From the NCBI GenBank assembly GCA_016707785.1, contig JADJGZ010000011.1:75859-139858 (forward strand): a stretch of 64,000 bases of DNA. Reading direction: 5' to 3'. Position 1 is the stretch's first letter. Every line of letters starts with the position of its first letter. The DNA is from Bacteroidales bacterium. GTDB lineage: Bacteria; Bacteroidota; Bacteroidia; Bacteroidales; UBA4417. A program made the position numbers and the translations under genes. This document shows positions 11,068-22,574 of the stretch, piece by piece. The notes beneath the pieces were generated by a model. That model had not been told where the DNA came from. It ran no database searches and worked only from the letters and a program-made list of their open reading frames with translations.

Positions 11068-11445
11068 TCAAGACTGTGGATCCTTTGAATTCCAGGGTTC
11101 TGATTTCTTGGGTTTTGCCAGCGCTTCGAGAAACGCTGTAGCAAGTGAAACAATAATACTAAACAGTAGGGCTGACCAGAAACCATTCACCGAGAAACCC
11201 TCCAGAACAGAGTCGGTGATCATAATCATGAAAGCATTAATTACCAAAAGGAACAGCCCAAAAGTGATCATTGTAACCGGAATAGTAAGCACAATCAGCA
11301 AAGGTTTCAGAAATGCGTTCAGTGCACCTAAAATCAAGGCTACAACCATTGCAGACGGAAAACCATCAAGGTAAACACCTGGCAATATATAAGCAGAAAA
11401 AAAGACAGCCAAGGACGAAACAAGTAATTTGAGTAATATCTTCAT
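11068..11445 (-). CDS. Small 4-TM membrane protein (phage-holin-4/DUF360-like)
   Basis: 125 aa, almost entirely hydrophobic helices, with a polar tail. Confidence 0.55.
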   Translation of the reverse strand: MKILLKLLVSSLAVFFSAYILPGVYLDGFPSAMVVALILGALNAFLKPLLIVLTIPVTMITFGLFLLVINAFMIMITDSVLEGFSVNGFWSALLFSIIVSLATAFLEALAKPKKSEPWNSKDPQS

Positions 11446-11457
11446 GACAGGTGAAAA

Positions 11458-14349
11458 TTAGATCGACAAATTTATCGAAAATAGCATATCAGCGAAGGCT
11501 TTTTTATCCTCGAAACGATATCCCATTCTCCAGCCCAGGTCAAAAGGCAATAAGAACCGAAGTATATGCATGTCAGTGGAAATCTCAACACCTGTTGAAT
11601 TCAGGAATGAAGACTGGCCTGCTTCTTTATAAACAAAATGATCATAAAAAAGATTTGCTTTAAATCGTTTAAAATAGAATAAGGGCCCAATGGCCAGATC
11701 TGGATATAGAAATGGAAACTTGTAATTAATCCCAAAACTCAACGCCTGACTATTAACAACAGGATGATAGCCCCTGGGAATATTTATCAGATCAGCGTAG
11801 AAATAGTCTTTTTTCTCTTTTTGTTGTACCCCGGCATAACACCTGATACTGTGGTGCCTCATCAGTCCGGGAAAGAGCAGAATCGCTTCTGCAGATCCGA
11901 TGTAACCATAAGAACGATCACCTAAAGGAGAATGCCTGAAATTAAAATCGAGTACCTGGCCCCATCCGGGATAAAGATCTTTCTGGCCCTGTTTGAGGAA
12001 ATTAGATAAATAGATCCGGTAGTCGAGTGAATGTATATTCCCTTCAAAACCTATGGTATCAGTCCGGGTGTTATTTGATACTCCTAAATAAGAAGTATGA
12101 GCCAAAAGCTGTATTCCGGAATAAAACCTGCCATGATTAAAAAGCAAGGGAATCTTTAATCCACCACTTATCCGGGTTTCATTCCAGGTATAGCGTGTCT
12201 CGGTACCTTCATCTTCAGTATGATATCCAGCACCTTTTCCATATGAGGCATCCACATCGAGAACAGGATACCAGCCTTCCCATTTAAAGCTAACATTATA
12301 TTTCCCGGTCTTATCAGCCAGGTCCCATTCATATCCAATAATTGTGGTAGCTGTGCTCAATAGATTCTGCGACATAAATGATACACCGGTATTTGACTCG
12401 GATGTCATATAATTGAAATAAGCAGGTGCCCAACTATGGAAATTAAACAAATGACTGCCTTTGTGATAAGCTTTTGATTCATAGGTTTTACCCGAATAGG
12501 CTGTTGAATCGACCATTCCGGTTTCTTCTTTCACAATTGCATTGTAAACCGAATGCGAATTATCCTTTATATTTTCAAGGGATATCCACCGGGCAGGGTC
12601 AAAATCGGTTTCTACCAAACTATAACCATTTGCATCATACTCAGAATACACCAATTTTCTCCGGTTATGATTATACTGTCCATTACACGAACCAAAGGCT
12701 GAGGAAGTAACCTGAAAGACTCCTGATCCCGTAGTATCTAGTGCATAAATATTCTCAATTCCAGAATATGATCCATTAAAAAGAATGTAATTGCCGGCAA
12801 AAGTTGGGTTGGAAATCTCAGAAAATGTAGGTGGCAGCACTGTTTTTCTTTCCAGAGTTATTGTGTTTATTAGTTGAATTTGTTTCCCATGTTGATTCAG
12901 AAGCATGAAAACAATCCACTCACCTGAAGGTGACCAGGAAGGGTTCATAATGAAATCCTTGCCTGATTCGAATAATACCCTGATTTCCTTACCGGTATTA
13001 AAATCAAGTTCAATAAGAGATGCTTTATCCTGCAGATCCACACTGACTGCAACCAATGTTTTTCCGGAAGGAGAAAGCGCCGGTGCGAAGTATCTGCTCT
13101 TATGCGTCAACTTCCTGATTTTGCCTGTATTGTATTCAAAAACCTTTATAACGGAGTAATTACGATTTTGCCATCGGGGATCAGCATCCCTTTCCGTCCA
13201 TGTCATATAGCTTTCAGATAACGAAAAACAATCTACCGCAGAAGAGCCGGGTTTGTTTGAAGATGTTGATGAACCGGAATTTACAGAAAAATTTTCTGAT
13301 GAAAAAAATCCAGGAGTGAACAGGATTTTTTCGTTACCCGACTTATCAATAATTACAAACCTGCTGATATCATTCAAACCTGTGCGTTCAGCAATCCACA
13401 GAGAGTCGTTTAGATAATGAGGGAATTTATACCTTGTATATTCGTTTCCTTTAACCCTGGTGATTCTTGTGAAAGGGCTCAGAATCGTTTTTGAAGCTTG
13501 TTCTTTCCAGAGGCTGTCCAATTCTTTGAGAGATGATTTATAGAGCTCGTTTTTATTCATTCCGGTGACTTTTTTAAGGCCCACGTTAAAAGGATTGATC
13601 AGAAACGGTTTACGTCCGACAACATCCATAGCAGATATCCATGACTTGTAGCCAAAATTCTTCCAGGTTAAGGAAACTATTTGGTAACCTAATGAATATT
13701 GGTCCGGAATAAAATCCCTGTATGATCCAAAAACAGCCTTATCATAACTGTAAATACCTTTCTGAATAACCTGCGCCCTCAAATCCATTTCAAAGGAGGG
13801 CACCCTTCCTCTACCAGAATGACTTAAAGCAGTTTCTGTGCAAACAGCATCTCCCTCCATAAACCACATTGGTACGAACAACCCGGAAACTGCAGCTGTT
13901 GCGTGTTCACCAAAGACCCAGGTGAGGCCCTTTGTAAAACCCTTATTCAACATATCCATTTGAACGGCATGGCGAAATTCATGAATCACCAATTGTTCCA
14001 TCCAGTTTTGAGAATATGTATTCTGAGGAGTGCAGGTATATAATTCAAGTCGCTTGGGGGTCCAGACAGAATAGGCATTAGGGATAATATCAGAGGTATG
14101 GATTACGACAGGAACAAAACGAGGCTGATGTCCAAGGGTCTTGGTTCCATGAATATATACGTATTCAAAAAGCCCTGTTAATTCCTGGGCTTTTTTTTCA
14201 TACGCTTCAGGATAAATGAGTCTGAAATTGTCAGTTTTGATCGTCCGCCAATGCACAGAAGCCGGATCCTGGCCCAGGTTATAATATTGGGAGAAGACCG
14301 GTAAAGAGCAAAATAAAGCCCATAATAATGATAAGCTTCGATTGATCAA
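11458..14349 (-). CDS. Large secreted protein: HExxH region + TolB-like beta-propeller repeats + beta-rich C-terminal region
   Basis: 963 aa. Signal peptide, HEFRH motif (LVIHEFRHAVQMD), a PSWSPSGEWIVF-type propeller repeat, and an alternating-pattern C-terminal third. Confidence 0.65.
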   Translation of the reverse strand: MINRSLSLLWALFCSLPVFSQYYNLGQDPASVHWRTIKTDNFRLIYPEAYEKKAQELTGLFEYVYIHGTKTLGHQPRFVPVVIHTSDIIPNAYSVWTPKRLELYTCTPQNTYSQNWMEQLVIHEFRHAVQMDMLNKGFTKGLTWVFGEHATAAVSGLFVPMWFMEGDAVCTETALSHSGRGRVPSFEMDLRAQVIQKGIYSYDKAVFGSYRDFIPDQYSLGYQIVSLTWKNFGYKSWISAMDVVGRKPFLINPFNVGLKKVTGMNKNELYKSSLKELDSLWKEQASKTILSPFTRITRVKGNEYTRYKFPHYLNDSLWIAERTGLNDISRFVIIDKSGNEKILFTPGFFSSENFSVNSGSSTSSNKPGSSAVDCFSLSESYMTWTERDADPRWQNRNYSVIKVFEYNTGKIRKLTHKSRYFAPALSPSGKTLVAVSVDLQDKASLIELDFNTGKEIRVLFESGKDFIMNPSWSPSGEWIVFMLLNQHGKQIQLINTITLERKTVLPPTFSEISNPTFAGNYILFNGSYSGIENIYALDTTGSGVFQVTSSAFGSCNGQYNHNRRKLVYSEYDANGYSLVETDFDPARWISLENIKDNSHSVYNAIVKEETGMVDSTAYSGKTYESKAYHKGSHLFNFHSWAPAYFNYMTSESNTGVSFMSQNLLSTATTIIGYEWDLADKTGKYNVSFKWEGWYPVLDVDASYGKGAGYHTEDEGTETRYTWNETRISGGLKIPLLFNHGRFYSGIQLLAHTSYLGVSNNTRTDTIGFEGNIHSLDYRIYLSNFLKQGQKDLYPGWGQVLDFNFRHSPLGDRSYGYIGSAEAILLFPGLMRHHSIRCYAGVQQKEKKDYFYADLINIPRGYHPVVNSQALSFGINYKFPFLYPDLAIGPLFYFKRFKANLFYDHFVYKEAGQSSFLNSTGVEISTDMHILRFLLPFDLGWRMGYRFEDKKAFADMLFSINLSI

Positions 14350-14493
14350 GCAGATGTTTTTTTACCGAAAGAAAAAAAATGATCATTCGGAGTATTTGTT
14401 CAAAATTACCTAAAAATGCTATAAAAAAAGAAAATATTGATAACGCAAAGGTTATAGTAAAACCTAAACTATTGAAGCAAAGCAGAATGTAGA

Positions 14494-14868
14494 TTAAACA
14501 AGATTAAACTGGTAGAATAAAGAATTGAACTCTTCAAAGCTAAAGGGTTTTTGCGCATATCCATCCACGCCGGCTTCAATACATTCTTCTTTATTAGGAT
14601 TGGTAGTGATGGCTATGATAGTCGTATGACCGCTTTTCCTGTAATCTTCTTCGATTTTTCGAATTTCTTTTACAGCTTGCAGTCCATCCAGTTCCGGCAT
14701 TTGTATATCCATGAGGATAAGGTCATACTGCCTGTTCTTGAACATACTAACAGCCTCATTTCCATTTCTGGCAACATCCACATCGTGACCTATCCTTCTC
14801 AGGTAGAACGATGTGATCTTTTCAATCATCTCATCATCCTCAGCTAACAAAATATTCAATTTTTTCAT
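14494..14868 (-). CDS. Stand-alone response-regulator receiver domain
   Basis: ILLAEDDEM...DLILMDIQMPELDG...IIAITT...DGYAQKPF. Start taken at MKKLNILL (14868). An alternative ATG lies at 14880, and the ORF track extends to 14955. Confidence 0.85.
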   Translation of the reverse strand: MKKLNILLAEDDEMIEKITSFYLRRIGHDVDVARNGNEAVSMFKNRQYDLILMDIQMPELDGLQAVKEIRKIEEDYRKSGHTTIIAITTNPNKEECIEAGVDGYAQKPFSFEEFNSLFYQFNLV

Positions 14869-14929
14869 GTTCTCAGGCATATATGTTTTAAATTCCTTTA
14901 GTTTATCGACGGGGTTGGCAGATACATAA

Positions 14930-17062
14930 TTACTCTGCGATAAGTTTTTTAGCATGGCTAGTAGTTTTAGAGGTTACCTTGACAATAAAAATACCATGTC
15001 CGGTAAAAGGAATTAGAAGTTCTGATTGACCTGAACCCTCATATTGAAGGAGTTGCTTACCTTCAAGGGAGAAGACTTCAACCAGACTGTTCTGATGTTC
15101 CAAACCGGTGATCTTAATATTGCCTTGTGTGAGTATGATATTTGGTATCTGAGTATTAACTTCATCATTTCCTGCAACCAAATCGAAGTGAAGAACGAAT
15201 CTCATTGGGTCGTTCAGCATGGAATGGTTAAAAACATAAACAGAATCCTTCCTGAGATCGGTAAATGTTTTAGTGGATTTATCCTCGAGTGTAATAGGAT
15301 AACGGAATTCGAAATTTGAATTTCCTGTTACCGTAAGCTTAAATTCTTCTTCAGCACTGGCTAAAAAACCAATTGGAATTTCCATAGAGGAAGAAAGGGA
15401 TGGCATTGTATTCACAGCCAACTTTGTTCCATCAGTCAGATTGGTAAAGATCGACGGGGCATCTGTTGAACCGGATATCTTATAAGCATCATAGTCATCA
15501 TCAAAGTCAAAACTTGACGAAGAGTTAAATCGGATAATGGATTCATCACTTCTGCCATTTCCTTCTACTTTGAACTTTAATGAGGATTGACCAAGATCGA
15601 TGGTTGAGTTTTCATTAATTGAAGCAACGGCGTTCTTATTCACCTTCACAGTGCCAGTTTGTCCTTGTTGCCTGGCTTTCACGAAGAATCCCTGCATTGG
15701 GGCAATATACCTGCTACCATTATTGATTGATATAAGATCACTCCCAGGAAGATAAACTGAATAATTTCCTGAACCTGAAGGATCCGGGTAATAGATCGCT
15801 TTTGCAATACAATTCCGCTGCCATCCAAGAGCTGAAGGATCGTCCTGTTGCCAGTCGAGATAGCATGGATAAGGATTTCCAATCAGGTTCCAACCTTCAT
15901 TGAGCGCTGTAATTGATTGTACGACTTCACCTTGAACAGGATTACCCTCGAAAACACGGGTTGCTGAATAAGGAGAAAGCAATTCATAACCTTTCATGGA
16001 TTGCAGGCTAACATTGGTAGGAATGATGTATTCACCCCAGTTACCAGTTTGTTCGCTGTATTCACGCAGATACATATTCATGAATACTCCGGAAAGGGCA
16101 TCATTAAGTGGAGATGATACCAGAATGGGTTGATTAGCGGGAATCTGGATTTCAGATTTAACAGAACCGATAACATCCCCCATGGTGATCAGTGAAGAGT
16201 GTTGTGTGTAGGTATTTGTTAGAAAAACTTCAGCTCCTTCGCTGATGGTTAAGTTACCTTCAACTTTAAGTGTTGCTGAAAGATTAACTAATAGCTTAGA
16301 ACCGGGGCTTACTACGAGGTTGTTGCAAAATCCAGTTTCATTGAGTTCAGGTTGAACATTTACTGAAAGAATGGCTACATTATTAATAGAGGTGGGAACT
16401 TCACCATTCGACCAGTTTTGAGCATCCTGCCATTTATTACTGTATGTTCCAATCCAGTTGATTTCTGATAATATAGAACCGGCCGGTATTGAGGAAGATG
16501 TTATCCCCATAATGGTTCCATTACCGGAGCAGGTATTGGTTGTAAATGTACCGGTGCCTGTAATTGTTGAAAGTGAAGTAATATCCAGATTGCCGGCGAT
16601 GATCATACTTCCAGCAATTATTTGTGAAGCAGCAGATGAATGAGTTAAATCAGAATAAATTTTCATTTTCCCATTAACTCCGATAAGTATAGAAGCATAT
16701 CCGGTAACAGAACAGTTGTTCAGTTGTATTTCACCATTACAAATCATGGATGAATTATCATTCAGGAACATGTTAAAGGAGCTGCCCCTGAGTAAGCCGG
16801 ACTGACCCACTTCAATCATACCTGATGCTGAAAGGGTAAAGTCATTATTAAGTATGATACGGGTATTAATAATCAAAGTATCATTTCCCTGGGGAGTTAC
16901 TCCGGCAGACATTCCACCAGGCTCATTTGACCAGGAACCGGTGTTCGTCCAGGCAACATTATTTCCAATGGAGAAAAGTTTTTTTCCTTCCCTGCCATAA
17001 ACCATAACTCCTGTAAGCAGGATCAGGCTTAAAAGTGCAGAATTGAGAAGGAATCTTTTCAT
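14930..17062 (-). CDS. T9SS C-terminal-domain secreted protein, function unknown
   Basis: 710 aa. Signal peptide, Thr/Ser/Asn-rich beta-helix-like N-half, and a C-terminal ~80 aa typical of Por/T9SS sorting domains (...GIFIVKVTSKTTSHAKKLIAE). Confidence 0.7.
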   Translation of the reverse strand: MKRFLLNSALLSLILLTGVMVYGREGKKLFSIGNNVAWTNTGSWSNEPGGMSAGVTPQGNDTLIINTRIILNNDFTLSASGMIEVGQSGLLRGSSFNMFLNDNSSMICNGEIQLNNCSVTGYASILIGVNGKMKIYSDLTHSSAASQIIAGSMIIAGNLDITSLSTITGTGTFTTNTCSGNGTIMGITSSSIPAGSILSEINWIGTYSNKWQDAQNWSNGEVPTSINNVAILSVNVQPELNETGFCNNLVVSPGSKLLVNLSATLKVEGNLTISEGAEVFLTNTYTQHSSLITMGDVIGSVKSEIQIPANQPILVSSPLNDALSGVFMNMYLREYSEQTGNWGEYIIPTNVSLQSMKGYELLSPYSATRVFEGNPVQGEVVQSITALNEGWNLIGNPYPCYLDWQQDDPSALGWQRNCIAKAIYYPDPSGSGNYSVYLPGSDLISINNGSRYIAPMQGFFVKARQQGQTGTVKVNKNAVASINENSTIDLGQSSLKFKVEGNGRSDESIIRFNSSSSFDFDDDYDAYKISGSTDAPSIFTNLTDGTKLAVNTMPSLSSSMEIPIGFLASAEEEFKLTVTGNSNFEFRYPITLEDKSTKTFTDLRKDSVYVFNHSMLNDPMRFVLHFDLVAGNDEVNTQIPNIILTQGNIKITGLEHQNSLVEVFSLEGKQLLQYEGSGQSELLIPFTGHGIFIVKVTSKTTSHAKKLIAE

Positions 17063-17425
17063 TGGTTCATTATTGTTTTGTGGATAGTACTGTTTTGGGA
17101 ATCAACTGTTAACCTTGAGAGAAACTTTACTAAAAAACTAACAACCTGATTTTAAGATGAATAATTCAAGACTGCTAGACAAGGCTTTAACAATGAATTC
17201 TTCCAGATAAATTGTTGCTCTCCAATAAACAAAATACATGCCTCAAATAGCTAATCATTGAATATCAAACAATTGTCTGAGGACTATGAAAATCTAGTTT
17301 TTAAAATTTGTCCGTTTTTGGGAATGAACTTAGAAATTTTATCTATTTTGGAACAATCAACTCAAATACATTGAAATGATGTAATAATTAAATTTTTATT
17401 AACATTCATTGTTTATAATTAAATC

Positions 17426-18148
17426 TCACAGGATATCACAAAAATAATTCCAAACCGGGTCAGAAGGTGGTTTAGCGATGCAAATAACAGGTTCTTTTTT
17501 TACCGGGTGGATGAATTCAATTTTTCTTGCATGCAGATGAATTGAGGCATCCTGGTTAGATCTTGGAAAACCATATTTCAGGTCCCCTTTGATAGGACAA
17601 CCTATTTCTGCTAATTGTGTCCTGATCTGGTGGTGACGCCCGGTCATCAGATCAATTTCAAGGAGATAATACTGATCACTTTTCCCTATTAACTTATAGG
17701 TGAGTTCTGCTCGCTGCGCTTTACTATTTCCCGGTTTGACAACAAATGACTTATTCTTGGATTCATTTCTTAAGAGGTAATGAATTAACCTGTCTTCAAT
17801 ATGAGGTGGCTCATTCTTTACAACGGCCCAATAGGTTTTCTGAATTTCCCTGCTTTTAAGCATTTCATTGAGACGGCTTAAGGATTTACTAGTCCTTGCA
17901 AAAATGGTAACACCACTAACAGGCCTGTCAAGCCGATGCACCACTCCCAGGAAAACGTCCCCGGGTTTGGCGTATTTATGTTTAATATAAATTTTCAGCA
18001 AATCGACGAGTGGCTTATCCCCACTTTTGTCACCCTGCACTATTTGGGAAGGTTTTTTGTTAACCACTAATAAATGGTTATCCTCAAATAGCACCTGGGA
18101 TTCAAGTTCAGCCAGTAATTCCCTGATATCAGTACTGCTCTCGTTCAT
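17426..18148 (-). CDS. RluA-family RNA pseudouridine synthase
   Basis: Motifs HRLDRPVSG (catalytic Asp) and GRHHQIR. Likely start MNESSTD at 18148, overlapping the panB end by ~20 nt. Confidence 0.85.
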   Translation of the reverse strand: MNESSTDIRELLAELESQVLFEDNHLLVVNKKPSQIVQGDKSGDKPLVDLLKIYIKHKYAKPGDVFLGVVHRLDRPVSGVTIFARTSKSLSRLNEMLKSREIQKTYWAVVKNEPPHIEDRLIHYLLRNESKNKSFVVKPGNSKAQRAELTYKLIGKSDQYYLLEIDLMTGRHHQIRTQLAEIGCPIKGDLKYGFPRSNQDASIHLHARKIEFIHPVKKEPVICIAKPPSDPVWNYFCDIL

Positions 18149-18941
18149 TGGGAAAATCGAGGCTTTTAATATCTGAAATATACCTTCCCACAGAGTCAAC
18201 AATGTCTTCACTCAGGTTCATATATCTTCTTAAAAACCTGGGAGAAAACTCTGTGGTAATTCCAAGCATGTCGTGTAAAACCAAAACCTGTCCATCAACT
18301 TTGCCGCCGGCTCCAATACCAATCACCGGAATTTTAGCATTCCTGGCAACAGTTTCACCCAGGCGAGCAGGAATTTTTTCAAGAACAAGGCTGAAACAAC
18401 CTGCCTTTTCGAGTAAACCGGCATCAGTAATAAGTTTATTAGCTTCTGACTCGTCAGTTGCTCTTACAACATAAGTTCCGAATTTATGAATCGACTGAGG
18501 TGTAAGGCCGAGGTGACCCATTACAGGGATTCCGGCAGATAATATTCTTTCAACCGATTCGATCACTTCTACACCTCCTTCGAGTTTAACAGCATCTGCG
18601 CCCGATTCCTTCATAATTCGTATCGCGGATTGCAAAGCTTCCTTCCAGTTTCCCTGGTAGGTACCGAAAGGCATATCAACAACCACAAAAGCCCTGCTGA
18701 CGCCTCTTACAACAGAAGAAGCATGGTAAATCATCTGGTCCAGGGTAATAGGCAGGGTACTTGAATGGCCTGCCATAACATTGGAGGCTGAGTCTCCAAC
18801 AAGGATCACATCAATGCCTGCTTTGTCAAGTAATCGGGCCATTGAGAAATCATAGGCTGTTAACATGGCAATTTTGACACCTTTCAATTTCATCTCCTGC
18901 AAAACATGTGTCGTTACTTTTGATATGGTTCCGGCCTTCAT
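18129..18941 (-). CDS. panB: 3-methyl-2-oxobutanoate hydroxymethyltransferase
   Basis: 270 aa. [24 protein letters not shown]...[10 protein letters not shown]...AVKLEGG...GHLGLTPQS is the canonical PanB pattern. Confidence 0.9.
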   Translation of the reverse strand: MKAGTISKVTTHVLQEMKLKGVKIAMLTAYDFSMARLLDKAGIDVILVGDSASNVMAGHSSTLPITLDQMIYHASSVVRGVSRAFVVVDMPFGTYQGNWKEALQSAIRIMKESGADAVKLEGGVEVIESVERILSAGIPVMGHLGLTPQSIHKFGTYVVRATDESEANKLITDAGLLEKAGCFSLVLEKIPARLGETVARNAKIPVIGIGAGGKVDGQVLVLHDMLGITTEFSPRFLRRYMNLSEDIVDSVGRYISDIKSLDFPNEREQY

Positions 18942-19147
18942 GATAATAGACTATTAGTTAGGTGAAAGACGTGAAAGACTTATAATTCAGATTCCAAAAA
19001 AGCTGTTAAACATTGCATGCTTTCTTCAGGAATCAGGGGTGCAAAGCTACAAATAAATGGAAAAGATCATCAATATATGTTGGCCACAGTCATAATACAA
19101 CCACAATAATGGTTATTTTTGCAACGTTCCATTCAGAAATGACATTC

Positions 19148-20161
19148 ATGAAATTCAACTCATTGCTTCTTCTTGTCCTTCCTTTACTGATTCTTACTTC
19201 GTCATGCGAAACGGATTTTGATGTTACCGCTGATTATAAGGAGATAGCAATTGTTTATGGGCTGTTGAGTCAGAATGATACCGTACATTATTTAAGGATT
19301 AACAAAGCTTACCTGGGTGACGGGAATGCACTTATCTATGCAGCGAATCATGATTCCAGCTCATTTGGGACCAGCATTGAGGTAATTGTGACAGAGACAA
19401 ATCCGAGTGGAATTCAGAAAACCATAGTTTTTGATACTACTACCATTCATGATAAAGAGGCTGGTATCTTTTATTCACCAGATCAACTCATGTACAAGGC
19501 AACTGCCATCCTGAATCCGCTTAGCACCTATACATTGAAAGTAAAAAACAAGACCAGCGGTAATGAAGTAACCTCAGTGACTAACCTGATTCAGGATTTC
19601 AGCATCTCAAAACCCGCTAAAAATGCTGCAGGCATCAGGAGATTTGATTTTAAAAGGGATACCATTTCAATGCAAAAAATTGAATGGAGTTCTGCTGTTA
19701 ATGGCAGGCTATATCAACCGATTCTTAGATTCTATTTTAAAGAAATCAACTTTACCGGGGATACCATTACCCGTGAAATTGAATGGAAATTCGCCAGCTA
19801 TAAATCCAGCTCACTGGAAGGCGGGGAAAAACTTTCAGTTGATTTTAAGAGTGAAGAATTCTACAAATTATGTGAAGATAATATTCCATATGCTGATATT
19901 CAGCTGGAAGAAGATGTCAGTTCAAGGCTTGTGGATCATTTCGTGATAGATTTTACCGTCGTCGGGGATGAATTCAGTACTTATCTTGATGTTAATGGTC
20001 CTACAACCGGGCTACTCCTTGAGAAACCCTCCTACTCCAATATTACAAATGGCCTTGGATTATTTTCCAGTATTTATAAGTTAAAAGTCAATGCCCAGGT
20101 TGGAGATAAGATCAAAGCAGATCTGCAGGTAAAGACTGACCTGCATTTCTTCGCCAACTAA
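19148..20161 (+). CDS. Lipoprotein of unknown function
   Basis: ORF 19013..20161. The internal ATG at 19148 gives MKFNSLLLLVLPLLILTSSC, a lipobox. Confidence 0.6.
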   Translation: MKFNSLLLLVLPLLILTSSCETDFDVTADYKEIAIVYGLLSQNDTVHYLRINKAYLGDGNALIYAANHDSSSFGTSIEVIVTETNPSGIQKTIVFDTTTIHDKEAGIFYSPDQLMYKATAILNPLSTYTLKVKNKTSGNEVTSVTNLIQDFSISKPAKNAAGIRRFDFKRDTISMQKIEWSSAVNGRLYQPILRFYFKEINFTGDTITREIEWKFASYKSSSLEGGEKLSVDFKSEEFYKLCEDNIPYADIQLEEDVSSRLVDHFVIDFTVVGDEFSTYLDVNGPTTGLLLEKPSYSNITNGLGLFSSIYKLKVNAQVGDKIKADLQVKTDLHFFAN

Positions 20162-20452
20162 CCTTCGTCTCCTATCACTTTCCGTCACACCTGATTCAGG
20201 GATTTCTGCCGTTTTGTCACAATTTGTCCAGGAAAGACTGTTTGCTGACAGTTGTATATATGCTATTTCCTAAATCATGATAAATTTCATAATTAATTGT
20301 TATAGTGACCATTATAAGCGAATAATAATCAAAATATTTCTTAGCAATGATCAGGAACATTGAATAGGAAGGATACAGGGTGAGCTTGGCATAATGATTG
20401 ACAACCCCTACTTGTTAAATTGATTTTAATCTACAAAACATATCATAATCAA

Positions 20453-22363
20453 ATGGGAAAAATCATCGGTATCGACTTAGGAACTACCAATTCATGTGTT
20501 GCCGTTATGGAAGGCAATGAACCAGTTGTAATTCCCAACAGTGAAGGCAGGCGTACAACCCCTTCAATTGTTGCTTTTACTGAAAACGGAGAACGGAAAG
20601 TAGGTGACCCTGCCAAGAGACAGGCGATCACCAATCCAACAAAAACAGTCTATTCTATTAAAAGGTTCATGGGTGAAACCTTCGACCGCGTATCTGCGGA
20701 AGTGGGCCGGGTTCCATTTGCTGTAATCAAAGGGGATAATAATACTCCTCGTGTAAAAATAGATGATCGCAATTATACACCACAGGAAATTTCAGCCATG
20801 GTGCTTCAGAAGATGAAGAAAACTGCTGAAGATTACCTGGGTCAAACAGTTACAGAAGCCGTTATAACAGTGCCGGCTTATTTCAGTGATTCACAGCGTC
20901 AGGCAACCAAGGAAGCAGGGGAAATTGCAGGTCTCACTGTTAAACGTATTATTAATGAACCTACTGCAGCAGCGCTTGCTTATGGACTCGACAAGAAACA
21001 CAGAGACATCAAAGTAGCTGTTTATGACCTTGGAGGAGGAACTTTTGATATTTCTATCCTGGAACTTGGAGAAGGCGTTTTTGAAGTTAAATCCACCAAT
21101 GGGAATACCCATCTGGGTGGTGATGATTTCGATCAACGTATCATTGATTGGCTTGCAGAAGAGTTCAAAAAAGATGAAGGCATTGATCTGAAAAGGGATC
21201 CGATGGCATTACAACGTCTGAAAGAAGCCGCTGAAAAAGCAAAAATTGAACTATCAAGCTCCTCTTCTACAGAGATTAATCTACCTTATATTATGCCGGT
21301 GGATGGTATCCCCAAGCATTTAGTCAGGACCTTGTCGCGTGCGAAATTCGAACAACTCATTGATGACCTGGTTCGTTCCACTATCGACCCTTGTAAGAAT
21401 GCTATGCGTGATGCAGGACTTTCACCTTCTGATATCAACGAAGTAATCCTGGTAGGAGGATCAACACGTATTCCGATTATCCAGAAAACAGTAGAGGAAT
21501 TCTTCGGAAAAGCACCTTCTAAAGGGGTTAATCCTGATGAAGTAGTTGCAGTAGGTGCAGCTATCCAGGGTGGTGTTCTCACCGGTGAAGTAAAAGATGT
21601 TCTTTTACTGGATGTTACTCCTCTTTCCCTGGGAATTGAAACTCTGGGAGGAGTAATGACAAAATTGATCGAATCAAATACTACGATCCCAACCCGTAAA
21701 TCGGAAACCTTCTCAACAGCTTCTGATAGTCAGCCTACTGTTGAAATCCATATCCTTCAGGGAGAAAGGTCGATGGCGACAGGAAACAAAAGCATTGGCC
21801 GTTTCCACCTCGATGGTATCCCTCCTGCCCCTCGTGGAGTTCCTCAGATTGAAGTGACCTTCGATATTGATGCAAACGGCATCCTTCATGTTTCAGCAAA
21901 AGACAAAGGAACCGGCAAAATGCAGCAAATCAGGATTGAAGCATCTTCAGGACTTACAGAAGCTGAGATTAAAAAGATGAAGGAAGAAGCTGAATTAAAC
22001 GCTGAGTCCGATCGTAAAATGAAGGAAGAAGTGGATAAATTTAATAGTGCAGATGCCCTCATTTTCCAAACCGAAAAACAATTGAAGGAATTTGGCGAGA
22101 AATTACCTGCTGACAAAAAGGCCCCTATTGAGCAAGCTCTTACTGAATTAAAAGAAGCCCATAAAAACAGGGATCTTGCACAAATTGATGCTGCAATGGC
22201 CAGTTTAAATACCGCCTGGCAGGCAGCCAGTGAAGAGATGTACAAAGCTACCCAGCAAGCTCCTCCTCCGGGTGCAGAGCAACCTGGTGGAAACCCTGGA
22301 AATGAAGAAGCTAAAAAATCTGACCAGGAAGTAACCGATGTTGACTTTGAAGAAGTAAAATAA
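20453..22363 (+). CDS. dnaK: Molecular chaperone DnaK (Hsp70)
   Basis: [18 protein letters not shown]..., [19 protein letters not shown], and an acidic C-terminus. Start at the ATG at 20453. Confidence 0.97.
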   Translation: MGKIIGIDLGTTNSCVAVMEGNEPVVIPNSEGRRTTPSIVAFTENGERKVGDPAKRQAITNPTKTVYSIKRFMGETFDRVSAEVGRVPFAVIKGDNNTPRVKIDDRNYTPQEISAMVLQKMKKTAEDYLGQTVTEAVITVPAYFSDSQRQATKEAGEIAGLTVKRIINEPTAAALAYGLDKKHRDIKVAVYDLGGGTFDISILELGEGVFEVKSTNGNTHLGGDDFDQRIIDWLAEEFKKDEGIDLKRDPMALQRLKEAAEKAKIELSSSSSTEINLPYIMPVDGIPKHLVRTLSRAKFEQLIDDLVRSTIDPCKNAMRDAGLSPSDINEVILVGGSTRIPIIQKTVEEFFGKAPSKGVNPDEVVAVGAAIQGGVLTGEVKDVLLLDVTPLSLGIETLGGVMTKLIESNTTIPTRKSETFSTASDSQPTVEIHILQGERSMATGNKSIGRFHLDGIPPAPRGVPQIEVTFDIDANGILHVSAKDKGTGKMQQIRIEASSGLTEAEIKKMKEEAELNAESDRKMKEEVDKFNSADALIFQTEKQLKEFGEKLPADKKAPIEQALTELKEAHKNRDLAQIDAAMASLNTAWQAASEEMYKATQQAPPPGAEQPGGNPGNEEAKKSDQEVTDVDFEEVK

Positions 22364-22381
22364 TCTCTGGTGTTTTAGAGC

Positions 22382-22413
22382 AAAAAGTGGGACGATTGTC
22401 CCACTTTTTTTTT
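22382..22413 (+). terminator. Rho-independent terminator of dnaK
   Basis: aaaaagtgggac-gatt-gtcccac followed by a T9 run. Confidence 0.7.
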
Positions 22414-22574
22414 CCATTTTATTCACAATTCGTTAATAAATAATTCTGATAAAGGCCATATACAAATTGTCAGAAAATTATATCAAGCAATAGAAAAATT
22501 GTATCTTTGTTGGACAATCCAGACCTTGCCCAGTTGGCAAAACAAGAACCAAAATCAATCAAACAATCTATACA

